A stretch of 64,000 nucleotides of DNA. Source: a virus. Its lineage: Duplodnaviria; Heunggongvirae; Uroviricota; Caudoviricetes. Of the stretch, positions 9,710 through 19,476 are shown in pieces (the first letter of the stretch is position 1; the number at the start of each line of letters is the position of its first letter). Position numbers and translations under genes: made by a program. The stretch lies in IMG/VR virus record IMGVR_UViG_3300033075_000957, positions 64,001-128,000 of that record. One strand, 5' to 3'. The notes beneath the pieces are model-generated. The model saw only the letters and a program-made list of their open reading frames with translations. It did not search any database and was not told the DNA's origin.

Positions 9710-10273
9710 ATGGTACCAATTAAACAAATTCGAAAAGGTATTGAAAAAGGTGATTGGTCTTTAGTTGTTAAAGGCTATATCGCCCTGACGGGCGAAGACA
9801 TAGAAATACCTATCGGCAAGACACTAGAATCCAGTCCGATAACATTATCAGAAATTATTGAAGCACTTCAAAATTTAGACAATGGCAAATCGCCAGAAGT
9901 GTCAGAAAAACCTGACAAACCAGAAAAGAAAACCCGTCGTAAAAAAGTAAAAAATAATTTTGAAGTTATAGCCGATGATGACAAAGAATACGGTAAACCG
10001 AGTGCCATAGGAGTTGGCTCTGACGTTATCCGCGAGAAACAGGTAAAAGCTATTACTCTAGATCAAGAAGACGCTAAAACACAGAAAATCAATAATAAAA
10101 TAAAAACTGCAAGAATTCCGAGAGATGCCTATAAACCCGATCTGATTGAATGTATCGGATGTAAAAAAGAATATGATGGAAATAAATATGGTACTATAAT
10201 AATGGGTGGAAATCGAGAAACTGGTACTCATAAATACAAATGTCCATATTGCAAAGAGGTAATCATTGAATAA
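9710..10273 (+). CDS. hypothetical protein with C-terminal zinc ribbon
   Basis: CIGC...CPYC at the C-terminus; precedes the helicase. Confidence 0.6.
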   Translation: MVPIKQIRKGIEKGDWSLVVKGYIALTGEDIEIPIGKTLESSPITLSEIIEALQNLDNGKSPEVSEKPDKPEKKTRRKKVKNNFEVIADDDKEYGKPSAIGVGSDVIREKQVKAITLDQEDAKTQKINNKIKTARIPRDAYKPDLIECIGCKKEYDGNKYGTIIMGGNRETGTHKYKCPYCKEVIIE

Positions 10274-11711
10274 AACTCGACAAAAACAACCTCCAAATAC
10301 CAATAATCTTGTTCAAGTTTCGGCAGAACGTATTGTTATTACTGGTCTGGTCCATTTTGGAGAAGATGTATATTACGATATCAATACTATTGCATCCGTA
10401 GATGATTTTTCTGCTCCTGAAAATCAAATTATTTACGAGGTATTTTCCGATTTAATTGTCAACGAAAAAAATCCTAAACCAAGTATACCCGCAATACTAA
10501 GTACTATTGCTCGTAAATATCCCGGTGCTCAAAGCGAATATGACATTCCTAGCTATTTAAAGACTCTTCAAAACTTATCCGTAAGTCAAGAAGAGTCCGT
10601 AGCTTTTGCACGAAAAATTGCTCGTTTAGGATGGGCACGTAAATCTGTACTTGCCTTACAGCAAGGTATCGATCAGGTCAACGTAGTTACCGGAGACGAA
10701 TCGTTGGCAACGATTCTAGCCGCTGCCGAAGGACCACTGCTTAATCTCGCAAATACATCTCTACAAGCAACCGATATTGTAGATTTACGTACATACGTAA
10801 ATACGTTTCTACAAGAGCTTATCAAAGCCGAAGGAACACTTACAGGTATCTCGACAGGTCTGACACGTTTAGATGCTGCTATCGGAGGACTTCGTTTCGG
10901 TGTACATTTAATTGGTGCTAGAACAAAACAGGGTAAAAGCCACCTCGCCGGACAAATTGGCGACAACATAGCGAGTCAGGGAACCCCCGTTCTGTATCTT
11001 GATACAGAAATGGACGAGCAGAGTACCTTAACTCGTAGATTAGCTAGATTAAGTCAAGTTGAGATTAATGACCTTGAAGGAAAAAAATTCCTTAATAAAG
11101 AATCTGAAAAAGTCAAGGTTCGCGGGGCGGCACAAAAACTTAAAGAATTACCGTTTTATTATTACAATATTTCAGGTAAAAGCCACGAGGAATGGATTAG
11201 CGTAATGCGTCGTTGGATATTTAAAACCGTAGGTTTTAATGATGACGGTACAGCAAAGCCATGCTTAATAATCCTCGACTATATCAAGACCATGAATTTA
11301 GGGGAACTTGGAGACAATCAAGAGTTCCAGTATTTAGGTCAGATTACTACCGATCTTCATAATTTCTGTCGTAAATATCATTTACCTATCCTTGCATTAG
11401 TACAATTAAATCGTGACGGTCTAAGTAGTAGTGGTCAGGGAGTGTTCGCTGGTTCAGATCGTATAGCGTGGCTATGCTCGTCGCTTATTATCTTCCGTAA
11501 GAAAGAAGATGTGGATTTTGCCGATGACCCACCGCAAAATGGTAATCGTAAATTAGAAGTGATTGATTGCCGATATGGTCCGGGATTACAGCACGGTGAA
11601 TACATAAATATATATGCAGATTTTGCTCGATCGACGATTAAAGAAGGTCGTACTAATATAGAAAATAGATCGGCGGCATCCGTTCCTCCTATCAAACCTG
11701 TAGCAATATGA
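10266..11711 (+). CDS. dnaB: replicative DNA helicase DnaB
   Basis: GISTGLTRLD, Walker A GARTKQGKS, LYLDTEM, IILDYIK, LVQLNRD, GSDRI. Confidence 0.95.
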   Translation: MNKTRQKQPPNTNNLVQVSAERIVITGLVHFGEDVYYDINTIASVDDFSAPENQIIYEVFSDLIVNEKNPKPSIPAILSTIARKYPGAQSEYDIPSYLKTLQNLSVSQEESVAFARKIARLGWARKSVLALQQGIDQVNVVTGDESLATILAAAEGPLLNLANTSLQATDIVDLRTYVNTFLQELIKAEGTLTGISTGLTRLDAAIGGLRFGVHLIGARTKQGKSHLAGQIGDNIASQGTPVLYLDTEMDEQSTLTRRLARLSQVEINDLEGKKFLNKESEKVKVRGAAQKLKELPFYYYNISGKSHEEWISVMRRWIFKTVGFNDDGTAKPCLIILDYIKTMNLGELGDNQEFQYLGQITTDLHNFCRKYHLPILALVQLNRDGLSSSGQGVFAGSDRIAWLCSSLIIFRKKEDVDFADDPPQNGNRKLEVIDCRYGPGLQHGEYINIYADFARSTIKEGRTNIENRSAASVPPIKPVAI

Positions 11712-12697
11712 CGACTCAAAAAGAACTTCTTCCAGATTTTCACCAAGCAAAAATTCTAGCAGAAGCTTATGAGCAAATAATCCTTGAAGATTTAGGATTG
11801 GAATTAGATCGTTATGGTGACTGCAAAGGCCCTTGCCCCGTTCACTGCGGAGATAACCCAAGGGCTTTTTCTTATTCTTCCAAGCGTCATACGTGGCAAT
11901 GTTTTACTAAAAAATGTCATCTTGAATATAAAACCTCGATCTTAGGTCTTATACGCGGTATAAAAGATTGTACTTGGGATGAGGTAATAGACTATGTTGA
12001 AAACATTACCGGAAAAAAGATTAAGGAAATTAGTCAGGCGGATATAGAACGCAAAAGTTTTATTAAACAACATACGCCTACGCAGGAAGATTATAAACCA
12101 ACCATATATCCAGAATCAATCCTGAGTTCAGCTACGAAAGACTATAGTTATTTTTTAGGAAGAGGATTTAGTGAAGAAATACTAAAAGAATACGATAATT
12201 TTGTTTGTCTTGATAAAACCAAAGCCCTATCTAATCGGTCATGTTTCCCTATCCGAGATTTATACGGAAGAATAGTAGGATTTACCGGAAGAACGCTGGT
12301 TGGAGAGGAACCGAAATGGAAAACCATTGCTAGCAAATATACGCTGCAAAACAATCTCTTCGGATTACACAAAGCCAAATATCATATTTCCAATAGGACT
12401 ATAATACTCGTAGAAGGGCCGCTAGATCATATAAAATTAGCCCAATATGGCATACTACATTCCGTATCGTCCTGTGGAATCCAGCTTTATCAAGAACAAA
12501 TAAATGCGTTATTGAACGTAGGTATTCAAAAAATTAAAATAGCTTACGATCCAGATGACGCTGGAAAAGTCGCCACAAAAAGAATCGCAGATTCGCTAAG
12601 ACTTATGTTTGATATCGAATCTCTGTCTTTTAATTTACCGTGCGATCCGGGAGAGATGACGCAAGAACAAATTATGGAGCATTTCGTCGATGACTAA
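11708..12697 (+). CDS. dnaG: DNA primase DnaG
   Basis: zinc finger CPVH..DN..WQCF..C; FPIRD..GRIVGFTGR; TOPRIM VEGPLD and YDPDDAG. Confidence 0.93.
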   Translation: MTTQKELLPDFHQAKILAEAYEQIILEDLGLELDRYGDCKGPCPVHCGDNPRAFSYSSKRHTWQCFTKKCHLEYKTSILGLIRGIKDCTWDEVIDYVENITGKKIKEISQADIERKSFIKQHTPTQEDYKPTIYPESILSSATKDYSYFLGRGFSEEILKEYDNFVCLDKTKALSNRSCFPIRDLYGRIVGFTGRTLVGEEPKWKTIASKYTLQNNLFGLHKAKYHISNRTIILVEGPLDHIKLAQYGILHSVSSCGIQLYQEQINALLNVGIQKIKIAYDPDDAGKVATKRIADSLRLMFDIESLSFNLPCDPGEMTQEQIMEHFVDD

Positions 12698-13322
12698 AGT
12701 TATTTTATTAACCGGCAAGGCACAATCTGGTAAGGATACTTCCTGTGATTATATTATTTGTAAATTGACTGAAAATGGAAGAGTGGCTCGTAAATATAGC
12801 TTCGCTGACCCTCTTAAAGAATTCTTAATGAAAGTATTTGGTTGTACATATAATCAAATGTATGGCAGCAATGCAGATAAGGATACTTTTACGAAAATTC
12901 GATGGGAAAATCTTCCTAAATTACCAGAATGGTACGCCGAGGTTTCTCCTAAAGGTCTATTTTTAACTGCACGCCAATTAATGCAGTATTTTGGTACTGA
13001 AATTATTCGCACTATGTACGAAAGTGCATGGGTACAAGCAACGATACAAAAGATTCAGGACGAGTCAGTAGATTATGCTATAATCTGCGATTGTCGTTTC
13101 CCTAACGAAATTGAATTATTGATTGAGAAATTTGGAGGACAGACGACTATAATTCGTCTGGAGCGTAATCATTTGAAGGGACGGCATAAAAGCGAAATCG
13201 CTCTAGACAAATATCCTTTCGATACTGTACCTTCGTATGTCTCTATTAATAATAAAGACATAACCTGTGATGAAAAGAATCGGCTTGTATGGGAAGCCGT
13301 AGAAAGCACGCTTAAAGCATGA
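12690..13322 (+). CDS. deoxynucleoside monophosphate kinase
   Basis: P-loop LTGKAQSGKDT, SFADPLKE, RQLMQYFGTE, ICDCRFPNE. Confidence 0.9.
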   Translation: MTKVILLTGKAQSGKDTSCDYIICKLTENGRVARKYSFADPLKEFLMKVFGCTYNQMYGSNADKDTFTKIRWENLPKLPEWYAEVSPKGLFLTARQLMQYFGTEIIRTMYESAWVQATIQKIQDESVDYAIICDCRFPNEIELLIEKFGGQTTIIRLERNHLKGRHKSEIALDKYPFDTVPSYVSINNKDITCDEKNRLVWEAVESTLKA

Positions 13323-14437
13323 AATTTATAGATGCTAATTGGGTAGAATATAGTCCTGTACGCTGGTTAACTTATGATGATGTTATGCTGCTGCCGCAGC
13401 ATTCAAAACTTGTTTCTCGTAAAGATAATAGAATAAATCTACAAACTCCGTTTACTTCTATTACGTCTATGTCTACTCCGTTAGTATCTGCCAACATGGA
13501 TACTGTAACAGAAGCAGATATGGCGATAGCCATGAGTAAAGCTGGCGGATATGGAATCTTGCATCGATTTTATCAATCTAAATATGGCAACGATGCTTAT
13601 GATAAATTCATGTCAGATATTAAAAAATTACACGAAGCTCAAATAACACCGGCTTTTAGCATCGGTTTGAATCCAGAAGATTTTAAAGTTATCGAGGCAG
13701 TTCTTCAGCTAACCAAACGGGCAATCGTCTGTGTTGATGTTGCACACGGTGATCAGGAACAGGTATGCAATCATATCCATAAATTATCTCTTGGATTTCG
13801 CGGACATATCGAAATAATCGGCGGGAATGTAGCAACACCCGAAGGTGTAGCTGCGTTAGTTCAGGCCGGTTGTCACGGCATTAAGATCGGAATTGGCGGA
13901 GGTTCGATGTGTTCTACACGCATTCAAACCGGACACGGCGTACCAAATCTTTCAACCATTATGCACTGTCGGCGAGCAGTCAATGGACTGAGAAGTAATG
14001 TCGCTTTAATTGCTGATGGCGGTATTCGTAACAGCGGTGATATTGTAAAAGCATTGGCTGCTGGTGCTAATTCGGTTATGATCGGTAATCTTTTAGCGGG
14101 AACAAACGAATGCCCCGGAGTACGTTATAATTGCCTATCTGGTATTGGCGGAACTTTTTATGAGGAAAATACTGAAGGTAATTATAAAAAATATCGCGGT
14201 CAATCTTCTAAAGAATTTAATGAAGAATTAGGCAAAACGGACGTAACGCCGGAAGGCATATCTACATATGTTAAATATAAAGGCCCAGTCGGGCCGATTT
14301 TGGCTGATTTAATAGGTGGAATACGCTCCGGTATGACTTATAGTGGTGCTAAAACACTTAAAGAACTATTTGATAAATCAATATTTATGGAAATCAGTCA
14401 TGCTGGACTAATGGAGTCTCATCCTCATGGCATCTAA
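13319..14437 (+). CDS. guaB: IMP dehydrogenase / GMP reductase family (no CBS domains)
   Basis: LTYDDVMLLP, SANMDTVT, VDVAHG, GIGGGSMCSTR catalytic Cys loop, IADGGIRNSGDIVKALAAGA, SGMTYSGA. Confidence 0.9.
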   Translation: MKFIDANWVEYSPVRWLTYDDVMLLPQHSKLVSRKDNRINLQTPFTSITSMSTPLVSANMDTVTEADMAIAMSKAGGYGILHRFYQSKYGNDAYDKFMSDIKKLHEAQITPAFSIGLNPEDFKVIEAVLQLTKRAIVCVDVAHGDQEQVCNHIHKLSLGFRGHIEIIGGNVATPEGVAALVQAGCHGIKIGIGGGSMCSTRIQTGHGVPNLSTIMHCRRAVNGLRSNVALIADGGIRNSGDIVKALAAGANSVMIGNLLAGTNECPGVRYNCLSGIGGTFYEENTEGNYKKYRGQSSKEFNEELGKTDVTPEGISTYVKYKGPVGPILADLIGGIRSGMTYSGAKTLKELFDKSIFMEISHAGLMESHPHGI

Positions 14438-14942
14438 TCCGGCACCGTCTTCTGTTGGTATTCTTAGTACTCCCATATATTTTATTGGAGGCTATGACCG
14501 CAATTCTCCTGAACGTAATATAGTACTAGAGCGTATCAAACAGTTATACAATGATTTACGGTGTTATAACGAAATTACTTTCAATTTACCGGTTACTAAT
14601 GGTATTCCATTAGAAGTGGCAGAATTTTGTCGAAACAATAATATTGTATATAATAGCTATAACGCATTTGGACGTTTTCAAGAATTCTATTCAAAAACAC
14701 CATCGGTTATTGATGATTTAGTCTATATGAATAAAATGGCCAGTCAAAACTTTTGGCCAAACGGTTCATATAGTAAATATGGTCCTAATAAAATAATTAA
14801 ATGTGATAAAGCTATCATAAATGATAGTAATATGGTAGTAATTATTCACCACAAATTAGTATATGCACAATGGATTCCATATCTTGCAGATAAAAAACAT
14901 CTTTTTATAGATGTAGAAAAATTTGGTTCATGCAACCCTTAA
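14427..14942 (+). CDS. degenerate YspA/DUF1273 (SLOG)-like protein
   Basis: NGIPLEVAEFC resembles LGVDxWAAExV; KCDKAIINDSNMVVII resembles RNxxMVDxSDxLIAV; glycine motifs eroded. Confidence 0.35.
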   Translation: MASNPAPSSVGILSTPIYFIGGYDRNSPERNIVLERIKQLYNDLRCYNEITFNLPVTNGIPLEVAEFCRNNNIVYNSYNAFGRFQEFYSKTPSVIDDLVYMNKMASQNFWPNGSYSKYGPNKIIKCDKAIINDSNMVVIIHHKLVYAQWIPYLADKKHLFIDVEKFGSCNP

Positions 14943-15328
14943 ACTTATACTTCGACGGTGGCTCTGCCGCTGATGGCAAGTCAATTACTTACGGTTTTGT
15001 TCTAAAAGATCACCAAGATTCTGTCATAGTTAAACTTGGAAGAAAATTATTAGGAAAAGGTCTGACCAGTAATCAGGCAGAATATCTTGGTCTTATTTTT
15101 GGTCTTACTTATTGTTTAGCAAAAAATAATCGACGTATTAGAGTTTTTTCTGATAGTCAATTAGTCGTTAAGCAAATAATGAAAGAGTTTAAAACTAATG
15201 AGGAAAAATTAATTCCGCTACACACAGTGGCTTCTACGCTTATAGAAGCGTTCGAATCTTTTTCAATTGAATGGATTCCTCGCGAAATGAATTCGGAAGC
15301 AGATCGGCAAACTAGAGGACACGATTAA
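14930..15328 (+). CDS. rnhA: ribonuclease HI
   Basis: YFDGGS, TSNQAEY, FSDSQLVVKQ, WIPREMNSEAD. Confidence 0.9.
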   Translation: MQPLNLYFDGGSAADGKSITYGFVLKDHQDSVIVKLGRKLLGKGLTSNQAEYLGLIFGLTYCLAKNNRRIRVFSDSQLVVKQIMKEFKTNEEKLIPLHTVASTLIEAFESFSIEWIPREMNSEADRQTRGHD

Positions 15329-16398
15329 TGGAATGTAAGTCACTACGATGCAGTTCAATTGTCACTTGGAGAGATTGCGAATTCCGTTGGTGGCTGCATA
15401 ATAACTGTAACATCGAATCAATTGCTGGTAAAAAAGCCGAACTTGGTACGTGCGTACATCTTGTTCTGGAGTTAATGGCGAAAGCCAAGAAAACTGGTAG
15501 ACATACTAAAGTAAGTAAATTCAATGATCCAGACTATCTTTTAGATGTGGCTTGGAATCAAATGATCAAGAATCGTCCCGACGATTATACTCAAGAGGAT
15601 TACTTATTCTGTCGTCAACAAGTTTACACCGTACTTGATAGTAATTTTCACCCGCATAAATTACCAATTATTGATGTTGAAAAACAGTTTGAACTTCGTA
15701 TTGAGCGTCCGGGTTTCGACGGACTCTTATTTCGAGGAACAGTTGACTTGGTGACACAGCCAGATAAATCGGTTATTGAATTATGTGACTACAAAACTGG
15801 TAAGCGTCTAGACTGGATTAGTGGAGAGATCAAAGAGTATGAAAAACTAGAAAAAGATATTCAGTTACGTGGTTATAATTTGGCGGTTAGGTATATTTAT
15901 AATCCATCACCAGAAGTGGTGCTTTTCACAATTAATTACACACAAGACGGTGGACCATTTACTGTTCCGTTCAGCGATCAGGACGCGGAAGAAACTTTGG
16001 AAGAAATACGACTGGTTTATAATGACATCCTCAATACCCGAGAACCAAAACGTCTTATCGATAATCGTCGTAGAAACAAAGAATTCTTCAAATGTAAATA
16101 TGTGTGTCAATTCGGTACAACCGGAGAATTAGAATATTCTAATGGTGAAGAGACTATTATAGTCGAAGATAAAATTTCAAAACCGAAAGAAATACCTCAA
16201 GCAATCGAACGCGATAATAAAACATATTTTCTTTTAGGTGTTAAACAAAGTTTATGTCAAAAATATCATCGAATTATGAAAAAATACGGACCCGATCTGG
16301 CTCAGGGAACAATACAAGACCTAACCGTTAAGGGTAAACCTATTTCTGCTAGAAACGATTATTCTGCCGCTGGCATTTATAAAGGATCAATCACTTGA
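15328..16398 (+). CDS. RecB/Cas4-like PD-(D/E)xK exonuclease
   Basis: SSI..W.DC, LGT.VH, RGTVDLV, LCDYKTG, QLRGY, C-terminal KC..VC. Confidence 0.85.
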   Translation: MECKSLRCSSIVTWRDCEFRWWLHNNCNIESIAGKKAELGTCVHLVLELMAKAKKTGRHTKVSKFNDPDYLLDVAWNQMIKNRPDDYTQEDYLFCRQQVYTVLDSNFHPHKLPIIDVEKQFELRIERPGFDGLLFRGTVDLVTQPDKSVIELCDYKTGKRLDWISGEIKEYEKLEKDIQLRGYNLAVRYIYNPSPEVVLFTINYTQDGGPFTVPFSDQDAEETLEEIRLVYNDILNTREPKRLIDNRRRNKEFFKCKYVCQFGTTGELEYSNGEETIIVEDKISKPKEIPQAIERDNKTYFLLGVKQSLCQKYHRIMKKYGPDLAQGTIQDLTVKGKPISARNDYSAAGIYKGSIT

Positions 16399-16577
16399 CC
16401 TTAGAAGAAATTATTCATGATCTAGAAAGAATCAAACGCGAAAGCTATATTTGTCCCGGATGCTATAACGCTAATATTTATCACGATTATGCCAAAATGG
16501 CATATGAAATGAATCAAAAATTAATCGATCTTAATCTCGCACTTATTCGTTTATTACAAAAAACCACCATTCAATGA
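16395..16577 (+). CDS. small hypothetical protein (CPGC)
   Basis: TTGA/ATGA coupling on both sides. Confidence 0.45.
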   Translation: MTLEEIIHDLERIKRESYICPGCYNANIYHDYAKMAYEMNQKLIDLNLALIRLLQKTTIQ

Positions 16578-18340
16578 ATTTTCCCATACTTTGTCACACA
16601 CATTATTCGGTTGGAGAGGCTTTCGCTCATCCTGATAAGCTTGTTGCCAAAGCTGTCGAGATGGGGTTTTCTGCTATAGCAATCGCAGATAAACACACGT
16701 TATCGGGCGTTCCCGAGTTTCTACAAACGGTACAGAAGTTCAATGATAAAGGTAAACAAATCAAACCCATAGTTGGATGCCAGTTCCGTATCTATGAGAA
16801 ATATTTCATTACTCTGTATGCTAAGAATCTTGTTGGATGGAAGAATTTGATTCGTATTTTAGGATGTTCCTTTATTAATAATGACGGAAAGCCTGAAGTT
16901 GGATTACAAAATATTCTTCAGTTTTCTGATAATCTCTTGTGCGGCATAGGCGGAATTGATAGCATTCATCATCATTCTTCCTTCACTAATCTTTTTCTTC
17001 CATCTCTTAAAGAAAAATTTGGCGAAAATTTATTCACGATTATTGTTGATAATAATCTGGTAACAGATGCGGAGATTAATGATCATCTGCCTAAATTCGC
17101 AAATAGTATTAAAACGATTCCTTTGTATTACATTGAAGCAGAAGATCAGATATGCCAACAAATTCTTATCTGTGGTCGCCATCAAAAAACTTTTTCTAAT
17201 TATCAAGACATTTTTATTACAGAACCATCAGCCAAACTTTTTTGGGATTCATCGTACAATTATCTGCATACTGAATACCCTTCTGTACCGTCATGGTTTG
17301 TCAATCAAATCGAAAGTTTTTCAATCGCTGGAAAGCCGAATATTCCTAAATACTCCAATAATTCTACAGAATTATTAAAACAGTTATGTCGGCAAGGTTG
17401 GAAGGATCGTAAAATTCAAGAAAAATACGCTAAACAGCCTGACATTTATCAGGTATATGTTGATCGTATTAAGATGGAATTAGAGATATTCTGTAATCCA
17501 AATTTAGTACTTGCTGATTATATGTTGATTATCTATGACGTAATGAAATTTATCCGCGACAATAAAAAACTTGCAGGACTACGTGGATCAGCGAGTGCCT
17601 GTTTGGTTTCCTACCTTATAGGAATTTCAGACGTTGATCCTGTAATACCTGATCCGACACTACCATACCATTCCGGACGCAGTTTAATTTTCGAGCGTTT
17701 TTTCAATAAGGCTCGTGCCGCCGCCTTACCGGATATAGATTTGGATCTATGCCCCTCTTTCCGTCCACAGCTTAAAGAATATCTTTCTCAAAAATGGGGT
17801 CAGAACAACGTTTCTCCATATATCGTTACCTATAATCGATTGGACGGCAGAGGCGTCGTGCGTGAAGTAATGCGAGTACTCGAATCTGCCACTCCAGATG
17901 TTATTACACAAATCTCTACAAAAATGCTCGACAAGGCAAAAATTCAGGACGATCTGGAAGATTTACGAGAAAAAAATCCTGAATATAGCACGGTTCAATT
18001 TAATATAGACAATATACCGGATATAGCTGCTGCCGCCGAAGAGTACAAGAGAGAATTCGGTTTGGCAATCAAAATGAGTGATACGATAGTTTCTATAGGC
18101 AAGCATGCGGCGGCGATTGTCATTTCTTCAACTCCTATTAGAGATTCTTTCCCAATCATGCTCACGGATACAAACGAAGCGATGGTTGGTGTAGAGATGG
18201 AATTTGCAGAAATGTGCGGGGCAGTTAAGTATGATTTGCTTTGTGTTACAGCATATGAAAAGATATTACGTATTCTAGAAATGGTTCATTCGAATACGCT
18301 TGAACCGATTGTAGTAGAAAGCAAGGAAGACGACGAATGA
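16574..18340 (+). CDS. dnaE: DNA polymerase III alpha subunit, N-terminal part (PHP + palm)
   Basis: PHP HTHYS..AIADKH; RGSASACLVSYLIGISDVDP; FERF; catalytic PDIDLD; GKHAAAIV; KYDLL (equivalent of KxDFLG). Confidence 0.92.
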   Translation: MNFPILCHTHYSVGEAFAHPDKLVAKAVEMGFSAIAIADKHTLSGVPEFLQTVQKFNDKGKQIKPIVGCQFRIYEKYFITLYAKNLVGWKNLIRILGCSFINNDGKPEVGLQNILQFSDNLLCGIGGIDSIHHHSSFTNLFLPSLKEKFGENLFTIIVDNNLVTDAEINDHLPKFANSIKTIPLYYIEAEDQICQQILICGRHQKTFSNYQDIFITEPSAKLFWDSSYNYLHTEYPSVPSWFVNQIESFSIAGKPNIPKYSNNSTELLKQLCRQGWKDRKIQEKYAKQPDIYQVYVDRIKMELEIFCNPNLVLADYMLIIYDVMKFIRDNKKLAGLRGSASACLVSYLIGISDVDPVIPDPTLPYHSGRSLIFERFFNKARAAALPDIDLDLCPSFRPQLKEYLSQKWGQNNVSPYIVTYNRLDGRGVVREVMRVLESATPDVITQISTKMLDKAKIQDDLEDLREKNPEYSTVQFNIDNIPDIAAAAEEYKREFGLAIKMSDTIVSIGKHAAAIVISSTPIRDSFPIMLTDTNEAMVGVEMEFAEMCGAVKYDLLCVTAYEKILRILEMVHSNTLEPIVVESKEDDE

Positions 18341-18711
18341 TCCCCACGATTTCGACCCGTGATGCAAACAACGAACAAATCTTTGTAAAAGACTTAGTTT
18401 ACTTAACACAATATGACACGACTACAATCTTACATTTTAAACCGTGTGTTATTGGTAAAATCGTACCAGCACTAAATGAAATTCAAGTTGTTACACATGG
18501 GCCGAATGGTCCACAGACTTTGAAGGTCAAAGGCACCGAGATCTACAGAAATCCTATTTTATTATTAGAAAAAACTCTAAACGATTTGAATAAGTTTAAA
18601 ACAACAATAGATACAAATATTCAAAATATGAATACAATCCTAAAAGAAGCAAAAAATGGAAAACAATTTGATCTTCCCGGAGTAGAATCGTCTCAGGAAA
18701 CTACTATTTGA
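18337..18711 (+). CDS. hypothetical protein inside the split dnaE locus
   Basis: 124-aa ORF coupled on both sides. Confidence 0.5.
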   Translation: MIPTISTRDANNEQIFVKDLVYLTQYDTTTILHFKPCVIGKIVPALNEIQVVTHGPNGPQTLKVKGTEIYRNPILLLEKTLNDLNKFKTTIDTNIQNMNTILKEAKNGKQFDLPGVESSQETTI

Positions 18712-19475
18712 TGCTTTCTAAAAACATACAATCTGAAATTTATTCATTATATTGCAATGATTTATTAACAATCGGAGAGATATCAAAAAGATTAAAAATT
18801 ACTTATTATCAAGTAAGAAAATATCTAATTCAAAATCAAATTCCCATACGATGCGGACATAGACCGTTAAAAACAAAAAACAGATTTGTCAATTTGAATA
18901 AAGAAGATTATTATTGGCTTGGTTTTTTCTATAATCGAAAAATTATTATCGGTAAGTCTTTAACTTTCAAGTCCAGTGACAATCATACAAAACGATTTAA
19001 AAAATTCTTAGGAATTTCCGATAAATTACATCAATTTCGTTTAGTTGCCCCTCAAATTGTTCAATCTCTTAAAAATATAGGAATTGGATCAAGTAATATT
19101 CCTCAAATACCACAACGCCATATTATTACTTTTTTACGCGGATGGATTGACGGTTGTGGATCAATTAGACAAAACGTAGTTGAATATAAAGGATACAATG
19201 TCTTTATGTCATCGGTTCGTTTTAGATGCAAGAGTTTCCTACAAGCACAAAATTTACAACGAATTCTTGATAAATTAAATATCAAATTTGATATTTGGTA
19301 TAGAAACGACAACGCTCTTTCGTGTTATTATCTAATTTCGAGAAAACAAGTAGAACAATTAAAATTGTTAATTTTGTTATACGGGGATGCCGACGAGCCG
19401 AAAAGAAAAGCACGTTATAAACAAGCAATTAATCTTCTTAGAAAACTTAAAACAAAAACAGCGGTAAAAGGATAA
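18708..19475 (+). CDS. free-standing LAGLIDADG homing-endonuclease-like protein with N-terminal HTH, degenerate active sites
   Basis: IGEISKRLKITYYQVRKYL (HTH); motif 1 YWLGFFYNRK (ADG lost); motif 2 FLRGWIDGCGSI. Confidence 0.7.
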   Translation: MMLSKNIQSEIYSLYCNDLLTIGEISKRLKITYYQVRKYLIQNQIPIRCGHRPLKTKNRFVNLNKEDYYWLGFFYNRKIIIGKSLTFKSSDNHTKRFKKFLGISDKLHQFRLVAPQIVQSLKNIGIGSSNIPQIPQRHIITFLRGWIDGCGSIRQNVVEYKGYNVFMSSVRFRCKSFLQAQNLQRILDKLNIKFDIWYRNDNALSCYYLISRKQVEQLKLLILLYGDADEPKRKARYKQAINLLRKLKTKTAVKG

Positions 19476-19476
19476 A

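Noticed and set aside
5001-14437. 2-aminoadenine (Z) or deazaguanine genome system
   Set aside because: MazG and HD-like genes are present, but no PurZ, DpdA or Que/FolE genes were recognised in this window.
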